From Amoebidium appalachense (taxonomy: Eukaryota > Protista > Ichthyosporea), in contig CAVNZM010000006.1 in the NCBI GenBank assembly GCA_963693365.1, positions 2,666,001-2,730,000 on the forward strand: a stretch of 64,000 nt of DNA, read 5' to 3'. How positions within the stretch are numbered: the first letter of the stretch is position 1; every line of letters begins with the position of its first letter. The notes beneath the pieces are model-generated. The model was given only the letters and a program-made list of their open reading frames with translations, searched no databases and was not told the DNA's origin. The position numbers were made by a program, and so were the translations under genes. Positions 1 to 15,682 of the stretch are shown one piece after another.

Positions 1-848
1 TGGACCACATCTGCTATGTAGAACAAGTTTCCTGTTCGCGCGAGCTGCGACCAGCAAGAGGCACCAGTGCTCAGCCCCGGGGCGGCGGTTTGCATAAAGC
101 CCATTGGCTCTAATGAACCAATGGAGGCGTCTCCTCGCATTTTTACGCATCCAATCGTATTCGTTGGGAATTCCCTATTGCCTATTGGATCGATATAATG
201 AGTCCCGACTCCCGAGTCCCACTCCCATAACTGTGTCTAAGGAGATGCGATTCTGGAATTCTAGTGTAGAGTACACAAATGCACGCCATGAAACCTTTTG
301 CATTTCACACAATTTGCAGCTTATATAGACATCATCTGAGATTAAAAATTTGAATGTGCTTTTCTGCGTTTTACTGCTAATGTTCTTGTTGACGTTGTGT
401 ACGGTTTTCTGATATATGCATTGATGCATCGTGCATATGGTGTTTTCTGTGTTTGGATGTGTTTGTTTGGTAAGCCAATCACCTTGCGCGAAATCAGGCG
501 CTATTTTGAGATGTACAAGTTTTAGCCAATCGGAGCCTCAAAGGGGGCAAAAAAAGCCTTTGCAACTTGCAAGCTTGATATTGATAAATAATACTTTGCT
601 GCAGGGTTGGGATTCTACCTAATTTGCACAAAACACGTACATTGAGGCTTTTAGAATATATTCTTTTTATTTTCTAAACTATTTTGCAACTTGTTTACAG
701 CTTTCGTATCAGGTGTGTAGCATTATAAACGCTTGAATATGTAATTTTCCCTATTTTTTCAATATTTCTGGTGTTACTAAATTCATTTATTCCACTCCAC
801 AAAAGCCCCCGCACTAAGCACTGGCTTCTGGCAATAAGGTTCAAAAAC

Positions 849-856
849 TATATAAA
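849..856 (+). promoter_or_regulatory. Putative TATA box upstream of the MFS transporter gene
   Basis: TATATAAA about 170 bp upstream of ATG 1028, in an AT-rich repeat-free region. The same octamer lies upstream of the chorismate synthase gene. Confidence 0.5.
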
Positions 857-1027
857 GCCGTCTTGCGGTTAGTTTCCTGCATCATCCCAGGCAGCCGTTG
901 CGTCAACGGCTCAACGCTTCACGCAAGCAGTGTACTCTTCGGCCGGACTGTCACGTTCACCATCTACGAGGCTCAACGAGTAACTGACACAACTAGTACT
1001 ACACACACACTTCTGTCACGCACGAAA

Positions 1028-2668
1028 ATGTCGGCCATCAAGCGGTTCCTGAACTGGCACTTCTCGGACCTGCGGCAGCGGCGCAGCGCGGAGCAGCTCG
1101 AGGCGGAGAAGACGTTCTTGTGGATGCCATGGAACCGCTACTGGATGATGCCGGCGGCTGTGATTCTGCAGCTGGGCGTGGGCTCGTTCTACTCGTGGTC
1201 CGTTTACAACGTGCCCGTGGAGAAGTACACGGGCGCGGCCGAGGGGTCTGCCGCCATCACGTTCAACATCTTCGTGGGCTTCTACGGTTACGCCATGGCC
1301 GTGATGGGCCCGCAGATCGAGCGCTGGGGGCCCAAGAAGACCGTGATGATCTGCAGCGTGTGGTACTGGGTGGGCATGATGCTGTCGGCGCTGGCCGTGT
1401 GGCGCAAGTCCATCGGCGCCCTGTACGTGGCCCACGGCATCATCACGGCCATCCCCATGGGCATCATGTACATTGCCCCCGTGTCCCCCTCCCAGAAGTG
1501 GTTCCCCGAGATCCGCGGCGTGGTGTCCGGCATGGCTGTGTGCGGCACGGGCGGCGGCACCATGATCTCGTCCAAGCTCATCAACGCGCTGATCAAGAGC
1601 TATGACGTGCCCATCACCATGATGGTTGTCGGCTCCATCTACGGCGTGCTCATGTTTGTGTGCGCCTTCCCCCTGCGCACGCCCCCCGAGAGCCAGTACA
1701 TGACCGAGACGGAGCAGAAGATGCACGGCACTGCGGGGGTGACCACGGAGGACAAGGACAGTGTCGACAAGAGCGCAAAGGCCGTGGCCGGGGGAGCCAC
1801 TCCCACGGGGCCCAGCGGCTACTGTGTGGATGTGGACGGCAGCAGCCCGGGGGAGCCGCTGGTGCTCAAGGAGCCCGTGATCTCCATGACGCTCATCGAG
1901 TCGCTCAAGACGGCGGACTTCTGGCTCATGTACGTCATGCTGGTGTGCAACGCCACGTGCGGGGTGCTGACGCTGTCCAAGCTGGCCGACATCTGCCAGA
2001 AGCAGTTTGGCAAGGACAGCGACATGGCGTCCACGGTGGTGTCCATCAACTCGGCCTTCAACCTGTCGGGCCGGCTGCTGATTGCGTCGCTGTCGGACAT
2101 TCTGGGGCGCAAGCCGCTGTTCATGATCTCGCTGGTGGTGCAGTTCTTCCTGACGCTGTTCACGCCCACCATGATCATGAAGCAGACCTTCTGGCCCTTC
2201 TGCGTGTCCATCTGGATCATCCAGGCCCTGTACGGTGGCGGCTTTGGCCTGATCCCGGCTTTCCTGTGCGACATGTTTGGCAACAAGAACAACAGCTCGC
2301 TGCACGGCGTGATCATCTCGGGCTGGGCCACCATGGGCGTGTTTGGGGGCCTGGTGTACTCGTTCATCTACAAGGCCGAGCGCACCAAGTACGGGGCCAC
2401 GTCGCTGCAGGTGTACAATCTCAACTACTACTGGATCTGCGCCTTCATCGTGCTGGGCCTCCTCGTCACCCCCTTCATCCACACTGACGCACGTGACCGC
2501 CTGTTCCCCGCCGTCAAAGGCCAGGTCTTCAACATCCGCCTCTTCAAGCGCCTGCTGCGCGTGCAGTACCTGCCCCACCAGGTCGAGACCGACGAGTGGC
2601 GCGCATACCTCCTGACCCGCCCCGAAAACCAAGAGTACGCCCGCAGGAAGCAGATGGAGAACGCGTAA
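1028..2668 (+). CDS. MFS transporter, OFA (oxalate:formate antiporter)/monocarboxylate-like, intronless, 546 aa
   Basis: Long ORF; first in-frame ATG at 1028 (MSAIKRF...). About 12 hydrophobic segments in two bundles separated by a hydrophilic loop. MFS motif A-like GPQIERWGPK and SLSDILGRK. OFA-like motifs YSWSVY, KWFPEIRG, NLSGRL and YGGGFGLIPAFLCDMFG. Third codon positions are overwhelmingly G/C. Confidence 0.93.
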   Translation: MSAIKRFLNWHFSDLRQRRSAEQLEAEKTFLWMPWNRYWMMPAAVILQLGVGSFYSWSVYNVPVEKYTGAAEGSAAITFNIFVGFYGYAMAVMGPQIERWGPKKTVMICSVWYWVGMMLSALAVWRKSIGALYVAHGIITAIPMGIMYIAPVSPSQKWFPEIRGVVSGMAVCGTGGGTMISSKLINALIKSYDVPITMMVVGSIYGVLMFVCAFPLRTPPESQYMTETEQKMHGTAGVTTEDKDSVDKSAKAVAGGATPTGPSGYCVDVDGSSPGEPLVLKEPVISMTLIESLKTADFWLMYVMLVCNATCGVLTLSKLADICQKQFGKDSDMASTVVSINSAFNLSGRLLIASLSDILGRKPLFMISLVVQFFLTLFTPTMIMKQTFWPFCVSIWIIQALYGGGFGLIPAFLCDMFGNKNNSSLHGVIISGWATMGVFGGLVYSFIYKAERTKYGATSLQVYNLNYYWICAFIVLGLLVTPFIHTDARDRLFPAVKGQVFNIRLFKRLLRVQYLPHQVETDEWRAYLLTRPENQEYARRKQMENA

Positions 2669-3547
2669 ACAAACCAATCACATCGAATGTTTATTTTCTT
2701 TAATTATTTTTTAGACTTGCAGTTCTTTTAGACTGCGCTCTTAGGCGCGGAAACCCACTATATACTATGTACTTTCTGATCATTGGCAACCACATTTTGA
2801 GATCTAAGGCCATGGCCGTTGTATAAAAGCCCACGACTTTATCTTCTTCATATGTGCTTTAAATGAATTTAGGTGTGACCTGTTCGAATATAATTGACAC
2901 AATCAACTGTTAGATGCTTATTCATGCGAAAGAGTGAGAAAATGTGTGATATAATTCAAGAAAGGTGCTAATAAACGAATATTCAGCGAATATCTGATCC
3001 GTGGAGCCCGTTCACAAAAACACACATACACATACTCGTCTCCTTCAGGTTAATTCGTGTCATCTGCAACAATCACCTACACTTGAACAGTGTGTGTAAA
3101 TGCTCACGGTATCGCACCCACCAGGTTACCGTATGTATGTTTCTGTGTTTGCACACGTACTTCACGGATATTTGCTCACCAAAACCTGTTACCACATCCA
3201 TATTTCTGCACAAGTATTTGCTCTCCGCAACATGTTTCGCTTAACATGAAAAATCTGCGCTAAAATTAATGACATGTACAAGACATTCCTCATGCATGTA
3301 CACTCGTATAAATGCTTTTGTGGCGTTCAAAAATTTTGTGGTTATTGGGTACGGCGTGTGCTCTGCCTTTCATGGGATGCGCAAATACAAAACGTGCATA
3401 AGTTGTGTGCAAGGAAAAAACACCGTTTCTATGCTTCTGATGATCATGAAAAGTTGGCTTGGCTTTTCCCTTTCTCTCACTCCCACTCTCAACCCCTCTC
3501 TCTCTCTCTCGCTCCCTCCCTCTCTCTCTCTCTCTCCTTCCCTCCCT

Positions 3548-3584
<37 letters not shown>

Positions 3585-3998
3585 CCCCCCCCCCCCCCCC
3601 CCCCCCTCCCTCCCTCACTCTCTCTCTCCCCCTTCCGCTCTCCCTCTCTCTCCCTCTCTCTCCTTGCTCTAACTTTCTCTATTCTTCTCCCCTCTCCCCC
3701 CCCCCCTCCCCCACCTCTCTCTCTCCCCAGTCCCCCTTCTCCCCTCTCCCGGAGTTCTCTTTTCGAAGTTTTCTTTTTTCGTTTTTTTTTCTTTTTTTTT
3801 TTTGGGGGGGGGGGGGGGAGGGAGGGGGGGGCCTGCATCGTTCACGCTTCTTGTGCGTTTAACTGCACAGGTGGACTTGTCCTATTGTTCGGTGTTTGTG
3901 CAGCATGCAAACACAGTGTGCCTTGCATGTTGTGTATGTCTCTGTGTGCCAGCCCTCGGTCAGTGTCCGTGCATTATGGTCACGTTTATTCGTATGCG

Positions 3999-4096
<98 letters not shown>

Positions 4097-4109
4097 ATGT
4101 TTGCGTGCG

Positions 4110-4143
<34 letters not shown>

Positions 4144-4944
4144 CTTGTGCGTGTGCGTGTGCGTGCGTGCGCGTGTGTGTGTGTGTGTGTGTGTGCGTAT
4201 GTGTTTGTGTGCGTGTGCGCGTGTGTGTGCGCGCGCACGTGTGTGTGTGTGTGTATGTCACGGTGTGTGTGTGTGTGTGTGTGCGTTTCTGTGGGTCACT
4301 GTGTGTTGACCTTAGCTAGTGTAAGGGTGTGTGCTTATGAGTATTGAGCACGTGCTTAGTGTAACAGTTGTGCATTTTGTGCGCATGCTTTGTTTCTTAT
4401 TGTGTCTTTTGGATGTATACCCCCCTATATCCATGTATTCAGTGTGACACTCGCATGATTTGTGCATGATAGGTATCCTAAAGTGTTGACCAATCAGTCG
4501 GCCAAATTACCCAAAAGTCGGGTTTCGGCAAACATTTAGCCCCTGAATCGCACAATCTACATCACTTTTACCAATGTGTCTAAGCTGTGTGTGCATAGTT
4601 ATTTCAGCTTTGATCATGACGGGAATGCTCCTCGAGTCATTTGCCCCCCCCCCCCCCCAAACACACACACACACACACACACATCCACACACCCACCCAC
4701 CCACATACACACTCCCACCCACATAGTATTACCACCATCACCCCGACTCCAAGGGTTGATTTCATTCTTTAACAAGACCGGGAGCTCATCCGCAACCATC
4801 CCCCCCCTCCCCCCCCCCCCCCCAACACACACACACACACCCTCCCCCTGGTTCCCCCCTTCCCCCACACCCCATGACTCCCCCTCCCTCCCCTTCGAGG
4901 TAGCTTTCCTAGTACTGTAGTTTTTTTACCCCCCCCCTCTCCCC

Positions 4945-4993
<49 letters not shown>

Positions 4994-5146
4994 ACCTCCC
5001 CCTCCGGGAATGGTGCTCTACTTAAATAAATACTGTAAGCTCCCCCCGCTTCCCCCCCCCCCCTCCCCCGGACATGCATAGCTCTCCTACTTCCATAGGA
5101 ACTTCTACCTCCCCCCCCCTCTTCCCCCCACACTCCTCCCTCCCTT

Positions 5147-5206
<60 letters not shown>

Positions 5207-5236
5207 ACATACACACACACACACAGACACACACAA

Positions 5237-5268
<32 letters not shown>

Positions 5269-5312
5269 ACACACGCACACACGCACACACACACGCACAC
5301 ACACACACGCAC

Positions 5313-5343
<31 letters not shown>

Positions 5344-6995
5344 GCCCTGACCCACCACGACACAACCACACACCCGACGTAACTTCAATTCGTGTGCTAT
5401 CTCACCCACCCCTCCACTTGCTTTCCCAGTCCATCACCCCCCTCCCTCCCCTCCCTCCCCCCCCCCCCCCCCCTTCACCCCCCTCTCCCCCTCCCGCCTT
5501 CCCTCTCTTCCCCCCTCGCCCCATTCCCACCCCCCCCTCACCCCCCCTTCCCCTCCCTCCCTTCTTCCCCCCTCTCCCCTCGTCCTCCTTCCCCGCTCCC
5601 CCTGTTGCAGGAAACTTCACACCGGGCAATATTTGCACCATCTCCCCAGACTCTGACGAAACCACAGACCATTGAGCAGCATGAGTGACTGGCTTCTGAA
5701 TGCCCTGGTTTAATCTGAAACGGCTATATACTCTACAAAAAAAACCCCTGGGCCAATTTCATCACCGAACCCTCTCCAGCATCCCCTCCTTCCCTCCCCT
5801 CCCCTCTTCCCTCCCACCCCCCCTCCCACCTCCCCAGCCCCCCTCCCCCCACCCCCCCCCCAATACCCCCCTCCCCCCTCCCCCTCCCCCCCCCCCCCCC
5901 CACCACCACCACGTGTTTCTTCGCAACAGGGGGTTGAGAACGTCTTCAACCAGCTTTCGTTGGGTTTATAAAAAAGTTTAAAACTGCACAAGAATAGAAA
6001 ATGTAAGTAATTGTGTTATTCACTACACTAACACCCACATAATAACCCTAGAATAGAACGAAGATTAAGTGAACCCCCTAGTTACACGATTGTTCAACTA
6101 CTATGGAAGCCTTCCAGTGCAAAACAATCATTGCTGGTGCAAAATACTCCTATCCCCCCCCCCCCCCCCCCCCCCCCCACCCCCCTCTCACCCACCGCAC
6201 ACACACACACACACATACCTGTCCCTCGTCCTATCATCCACCCCCCTTCACCCGTCCCTTTCTTCCACAATTGCTGATCACAATCTGCCCGTACCCTCCC
6301 CCCACCCCCCTTCCCCCCCCTTCCCCTCTTCCCCCCTCCCCATCCCCCCTCCCCCACCCACCCTCTCCACCAAGCCCCCATACCCTCCAGCCCTACCCAG
6401 CGTTGAACACACACATCCACCCATCTCTCGATGTTTCCTTCTCCACTACTCGCCTCCGAACAACCCCCCCCCCCCCCCCCCCCCCCCTCAACCACGCATG
6501 CACGCACGCACGCACGCACGCATGCACACATATATTTTCCTTTCATCTTCTGTCAGCCGAGGTCCCACATCCACTTTCGTCCCCTCCCCCCCCCCTCCCC
6601 CCCCCCCCCGGGGGGGGGGTCCCCTCCCTCCCAACCCCCTAGATCCCCTCCCCCCCCCTCCTTCCCCCCCCCCCCTCCCCCCGCCCTGTCCCCCTCCCTC
6701 CCCGCGGGCCCCTCCTCCATCCCCTATCCCCCCCCCCCCTCCTCCTCCCCCCCCCCCCCCCCCCCCCCCCCGCCAACTCTTCCCTTCCCCTTCCTTCCCC
6801 CCCTCCCCCTTCCTCCCCCCACTCCCCCGTTCCCTCTCAACTGAATGCCGATATTAGCCGAAAAGATATGCCTACACTGGAATGCAGGGGCATGGGTTTT
6901 GGTGAATAAGAAAACGGTCTAGGGTGACATAAGTAGTTGTGATTGGCTGGCTCGGATTTAGGGAACCAATCAAATGGGCCATGCTGACTCTTACA

Positions 6996-7308
6996 GGGCC
7001 TTTCCGTTTCTCTACGCTGTGCAAACCTAGGTTCGGCAGATCGCATGATGGTTATGAGTCTTTTATTATAATGTTAGACCATTGTTCGGTTATTGCAGAT
7101 CTGCGATTGGTTAGCCGTGTAGTTAGTTTGCCTTGAGGATTAAGAAAATACGAGAAGCCACCGTCTGAGTGATTGTGGATCTAATAGGAAGCTTATCTCT
7201 AACTAATCACAGATCGTTTCAGCACCAAACAAAAGCCTAAATTTTAAACGCACCAATCAAACGATACCGTTTGCGAACCTAAAAAGCCATTCAGGAACGG
7301 AAAGGCCC
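6996..7308. mobile_element. Non-autonomous MITE, PIF/Harbinger (Tourist)-like
   Basis: Perfect 13-bp terminal inverted repeats GGGCCTTTCCGTT (6996-7008) and AACGGAAAGGCCC (7296-7308), flanked by a 3-bp direct repeat ACA (6993-6995, 7309-7311). No coding capacity. Confidence 0.7.
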
Positions 7309-8018
7309 ACAACTGTGTGCGTGTTGTGGTGTGTTGGTATAACTTACACGTGCACATCCTGTATGTCTGTTGTGGCATGTGGGTATATGAAGTGCCACGT
7401 GCACAAAATCTGTAGCACGGTGTGTGTTTTGTGTTTCATTTTGTTCTTTCTCTCCCCCCCCCCCCTCCCCCCCCCCCCCCCCCCAACCCTTCCCCCCTTT
7501 TTATTTTTGCATGTGCATATATAGGTTTGCAAAGGGTATTCAGGGTGCATGTACACATAGGTGTGTATCTTGTTGTGTGTGGATTTCATGTGGTTATGGT
7601 ATCACGCTCATGTGGTTTGTGATTTGTGGAAAATTTGTAAATTATACAGACAGAGCATGGTGTGTAGGCAAAGGCTCATTCATATAATCCCTGGCTCCCT
7701 TAAATTTTTGACGTACAGTCCTCTTCGCCTTAGCCCCTCCTGTCTAAGCTGAGGCTCTGCAACCTTTCCCCTGCCCTCCCTCTCCCCTCTCCCCACCCCT
7801 CCCCCTCATCCCCCCCCTCCCCCCTCCCCCCTCCCCCCCCCCCCCCCCCCCCCCCCCCCCAACACACACACGCACACACACACACACACACACACCCCCC
7901 CCTTCCCCCCCCCCCCCCCCACGTGCTGTGGGGGCCACGTTGCCAATTCACAATTGACAGGCACAGACCGACTACGCACCACGTGGTGCACCAATTCATT
8001 AGTAAATTTATGTGCCTT

Positions 8019-8052
<34 letters not shown>

Positions 8053-8058
8053 CCCTCC

Positions 8059-8101
<43 letters not shown>

Positions 8102-8919
8102 TGTGGCAGTATCCATGAGTGATCGGCAGCCTAATGCTCCTGGAACCCTAATATTTCGGTGGCCCTACAGTAATCCCCCACCAATTGGATATTTCTCATA
8201 TCGTGTTGCAGGCAGTATTGTGCAGAAAACAACTAACGTCTAACAATAGACAGTTTGAGCAGGGTTGTGTCTAGCATACACAGGTGCTCGGGCATGTATA
8301 GATGGCTGAAGTGTAGGACATGTATCACCACCATGCATGCCCTTCTGCCTACACTGCGCATATATGTACTGCCCCAGGCATCCCTGGTGCTAGTGCGTCG
8401 AAACCGGTTATGTTTGAGTTTCAACTACAGTAACACGTTTTCACATGTACACACAGGGCCATTAACGTTTCGGCATGCAAACGGTCAGCTCGAGTGGTGG
8501 TGGTGGTGTGTGGGTGGGCAGGGGGGGAAGGTGGGACAGGGAGCTCCGGTCGACGGGGGGAGGGGGAAGGGGGGAGGGGGGGACAGGGGGGGGGGAGGGG
8601 GGGCAGGATGTTGGAGTGACGGGGAGGGAGAGGAAGAGAGAGAGAGAGAGAGGAGGGAGGGGGAGAGAGAGAGAGAGAGAGAGGGGAGAAATGTATCCAG
8701 AAACAGACCCCCATCATGCCAGTGCAACCCGCCGACCCCACATGGTATTGGTGTTCGGGTTCGCCAATTCAGATGCCTTGGTTATCACACCAGCAATATG
8801 TCTGGAGTTTTTCTTAAATCCCTTCCCCCCCCCCCCCCCCCCCCCCATTCCCCCTCTGCTAGCCTATGATGCATACATCGTCGTGTGCACCGTGCATCCT
8901 TCTTGCCTTGTACATGTGC

Positions 8920-8950
<31 letters not shown>

Positions 8951-9017
8951 AAAAAAGGTAGCTCCACCGAGTCCAAATAAATTGCTTCAAGACTTTAAAG
9001 ACTAACAAAAGGAGAAG

Positions 9018-9352
9018 CACTGCATGTCACGTGACTATCCCTCGTTCTATAAATAAACTGTGTGGCTGTTGCATGGTGACAGACTGAAATATGGCCGGCG
9101 GCCTGATTAGCCCTTAATGAGGACCAATCAGTGTTTATTGAAATGATTATTGTCATTAGGCCCACCAACCAACTAGGGCTGAGATACATATAGGGATTCA
9201 AGCTCGTAGGTGTGAAGAAAACAGAATCATTAGCGAATTTGAGGCTATTCGTAGCGAAAATGCGATTTCGACAACATTATTCCGATTGTGGCATACGCGC
9301 ACACAGCAGAAACTAGAACCTACTGCGTTAGGATATCAGGGCACATGCAGTG
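9018..9352. mobile_element. Putative CACTG-ended MITE (CACTA/CMC-like)
   Basis: Perfect 10-bp inverted termini CACTGCATGT / ACATGCAGTG, with imperfect extension to about 24 bp. No clear target-site duplication. Confidence 0.4.
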
Positions 9353-9711
9353 GATGTAGCACAAATACTGCAGACTCCCTATCCAAATTTCGGACTTTTA
9401 CAGTATTTGTTACAAACTGTGAATCAAGATTCGACCAATCTATGGACGAAATTAAAAATTATACTTAAAGGTATATCAAGCAGTGGTTGGGTTGCCCGGG
9501 TCACTCCTTTCAGCCCCCTATTAAGTTACCATCCAGCCAGGTGTAGGGTTAAATTTTATATCCGGGGTCCATAATATCTCGATTCTGCAAAAAGAGGACA
9601 CAACAGTCAGTCACTCAGGGCAGACACCAACAAATATCCATAGATGCGCATAGCCATTCACTGTAACAGCCAGCCCCCCCCCCCCTCCCCCCCCCCCCCC
9701 CCCCCCCCCCG

Positions 9712-9910
9712 GTGAAGGACGTTGGCTTGGATGTGTGTCGCTAGCAGAATGCACTTAGTCTGGCACACAGGGGAAAGATCGGCACGGGGGCCGGCTCCCC
9801 CCCCCTCCCCCCCCCCCCCCCTCCCCCCCGGCCCCCGTGCCGATCTTTCCTTTGTGTGCCAGACTAAGTGCATTCTGCTAGCGACAGACATCCAAGCCAC
9901 CGTCCTTCAC
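9712..9910. repeat. Long inverted repeat / hairpin (83-bp arms, C-rich spacer)
   Basis: 9712-9794 is the reverse complement of 9828-9910 with 4 mismatches. Flanked by poly-C on the left and poly-G on the right, which extend the stem. Confidence 0.95.
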
Positions 9911-9949
9911 GGGGGGGGGGGGGAGGGGGGTGGCACACAATGCCGTACA

Positions 9950-10063
9950 ATAATCTAATACTATAATACAATAATCTAATAATCTAATACTATAATCTAA
10001 TAATCTAATACTATAATCTAATAATCTAATACTATAATCTAATAATCTAATAATCTAATACTA
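9950..10063. repeat. AT-rich minisatellite (about 21-bp unit TAATCTAATAATCTAATACTA)
   Basis: About 5 tandem copies directly visible. Confidence 0.9.
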
Positions 10064-10472
10064 GCGCAAACGTGCACGAAGAACCCCTATCAAACCATGC
10101 AGTATGAGAGCCCATCCTCAGAAAAATCCCCCCCCCCCCCCCCCCCCCCCCCTCCTTTTATTCAAGTTTTCCCCGGGAGCGGAATGAGGGGGTGGGGGAG
10201 AGAGGGGAGGGAAGGGGGAGGGTAATTTTTTTTGAGAAGGGTGTATCAACATTTCACTGCCTCGTGAACGCCCAAGGGATTAGCTGAATGCCCCCCCCCC
10301 CCCCCCCCCCCCCAATCCCCTTCCCTCGCCCCCTCAACCCCCCCCCCCCCCCAACCTTCCCCCCCACCCCATCCCACCCCCCCCCCCCCCCCGGTCCCCT
10401 CTTTCCCCAAATCCTTCCCTCTCGCCCCTCTCCTTCCCCCTCCCCCCCTTTCACCCCCGCCACCCACCTGTT

Positions 10473-13400
<2,928 letters not shown>

Positions 13401-14094
13401 GATGTACTTGTGTGTGTGAAAGGATGTGTATCCTACAGTGAGTGTGTGCAAGTGACTGCTTGATGAGGGGTAAAGAAAGGAACTATCTAACTTGTGGCTG
13501 GACTTGGCTGGCAGGGTTTGTGTGCCTGACTTCGCTTGCGCATTTCAAGTGTGACGTGCATGAACCTATACTGAAGTAGAAACGAATGCGATACGTCGTA
13601 TTCAGGTTTGGACGGACCCCTACAGGTAGCCAAAAGCTAATGTTGGTAAGGTTTGACATGAACGCCCGCCTGTAGATGGAGGGGTGGTTCACAGTGCTTG
13701 ACTTGGAAATAAGTAGATAGACTGTCTATCGTCGGCACCACATGTTTCTATGTTGGCACAATAACATGTACACAGCTCACAGAGGGAGAAAGACGTCTTT
13801 CAGCCGGTTCGGATATCACAGTGGAACGTTATGCATTCCTGGAGATAAAACGAAGAATAATCAACATGTGATATGCAGCCAACAGAATCAATTAAGTGGT
13901 ACCGGCTAAGCCAATCATCGCAACCCGCCTTTAGAATTCTTGTTCGAGCACTACACAGTGTTCACAGTTATCTGACTCAAGGTGTGCTATTTAGGAGGCC
14001 TTGATCTGACTTCTGATTTTTTTGTTGGGGGGGAAGGAGGGAGGAAGGGGGGAGGGGGGGGGGGGGGGGGGGGGGGGAAAGGGGGGGGGAGGAA

Positions 14095-14142
<48 letters not shown>

Positions 14143-15608
14143 GGGAGGAAAGACTCCTCAGGCAGGCTATCACGAATAATCCTGAGGCGCTTGAGCCTCG
14201 CGGACAGGTACACTCCTGCCGATTTTATAATGGAGAGGCTGCTTAGCTTACTGACGCTTTCAAAGCACGGCCACACAGACGGCCACACTAGGCAAGAAAC
14301 ATGCAAGGCATGACACATGAACACAGCACACTTACTATCTCACACTTATTACTAACCGTAGCGGTACAAGGCGCCCCAGTTTGGTTCATACACGCTTATA
14401 TATGTACATATTAGTGCTCGTGGTGTGCCTGGAAAAAAAGGGAGTGTACACGTGCACATCAAAGCATGAATAACTGGGGATCTCAATAATGAGCAGACTT
14501 TCGAAGGGTTTACACACTTTTAAATTTTATTGGGTGGACAATCGAACGCCATGCACATGTGACAGCCACAGACGTCGTTTATCGTGCGTGCGCACTTGCG
14601 TGTGTGTTACGAATAAGGAAAGTGGAAAAAACCGTTTTTTCGAAAGGTAGCCCTACGTGTGTGGGTGCACGTGTGTCACGTGTGTGTGCACCAATGGGTG
14701 TGGTGTGTCTGTGTGGTGTGTGTGTGTGTGTTTGTGTGTGTGTGCACCAATGGGTGTGGTGTGTCTGTGTGGTTTGTGTGTGTGTGTGTTTGTGTGTGTG
14801 CGGGCATGCGCCGCGGTGTGTGTGGGCCGCTGGAAGGGTCACAGCTGCTTACCTATGATCATCCCCCAGCTAAACTTACCCTTACCTTGCACACACTGTG
14901 ACGTCAGCCGGTGCCTACATTCATCAATTCACTCGGACACCGAGGGTACACATTTAGACTAATCCGGCGGCTGGCGGCGGCCGTTTGCCCGCTGCAGTCT
15001 GACTGTCTCACTGTGAAGGAAACATGAACATAAACGTTTGTTAGCCTTAGTGCGCACAATGTTGGTGGCCCATGCTGTATTATACAAGCAGACGTACAAA
15101 CACACACATGAAAGCACAGGCGTACAGGCACATGTACGGTGACACCGCCCATTTGCAGTACAAGGTAGCAGGTGTTCGCAGTTATAGTGCTATATCCCCA
15201 TATTACGGGCACCATCTTTGTTCAGCAAGCGGCGTACATACGTCGGTGGCTCAGCTATTATTGAGGCCATGTTCCAGAATTATCCACGTATAGCAAAGAA
15301 TCGTAGTGCACTCACTCAAAGAAATAGGTGATAGAGTGTGCGCTCTGCCTGCTCTGCGCATTATCGGCAGCTAGAAGAATATTTCTTCCTGCGTTGGCTG
15401 TGGCGACACACAGACATGGCGCTGACGCGGCTGCACACAGGGTAAGTGGCTGGCCTGTTTGTGCACAGGTCTGAGATGTGTACACATACTCGCACCTGCA
15501 CGTGCGCGCGTGACAGTCACACACACAAGCATGCACACCCACCCCTCCCCCTCCACCCCCTCCCTCCCCAATTGCACCCACACAAACACCCACCCACCCG
15601 TCCAGAAA

Positions 15609-15682
<74 letters not shown>

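Noticed and set aside
863-1027. 55-codon N-terminal extension of the MFS ORF
   Set aside because: Starts at TTG immediately after the TATA-like box. In a eukaryote the ATG at 1028, where the codon bias begins, is more likely.
1016-2677. 553-aa antisense ORF and other alternative-frame ORFs over the MFS gene
   Set aside because: Shadow ORFs caused by the extreme GC3 bias of the real gene; no recognisable motifs.
2988-3175. Weak inverted repeat suggesting a degenerate MITE
   Set aside because: Too imperfect and partly CA/TG-driven; no target-site duplication.
5345-5675. Isolated exon-like segments (also at about 8210-8410, 52968-53097 and 63690-63750)
   Set aside because: AG/GT-bounded but cannot be chained into a credible gene, and no recognisable protein motif.
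15109-15164. KAQAYRHMYGD as a MuDR transposase fragment
   Set aside because: Resemblance is too short, with no DDE context nearby.
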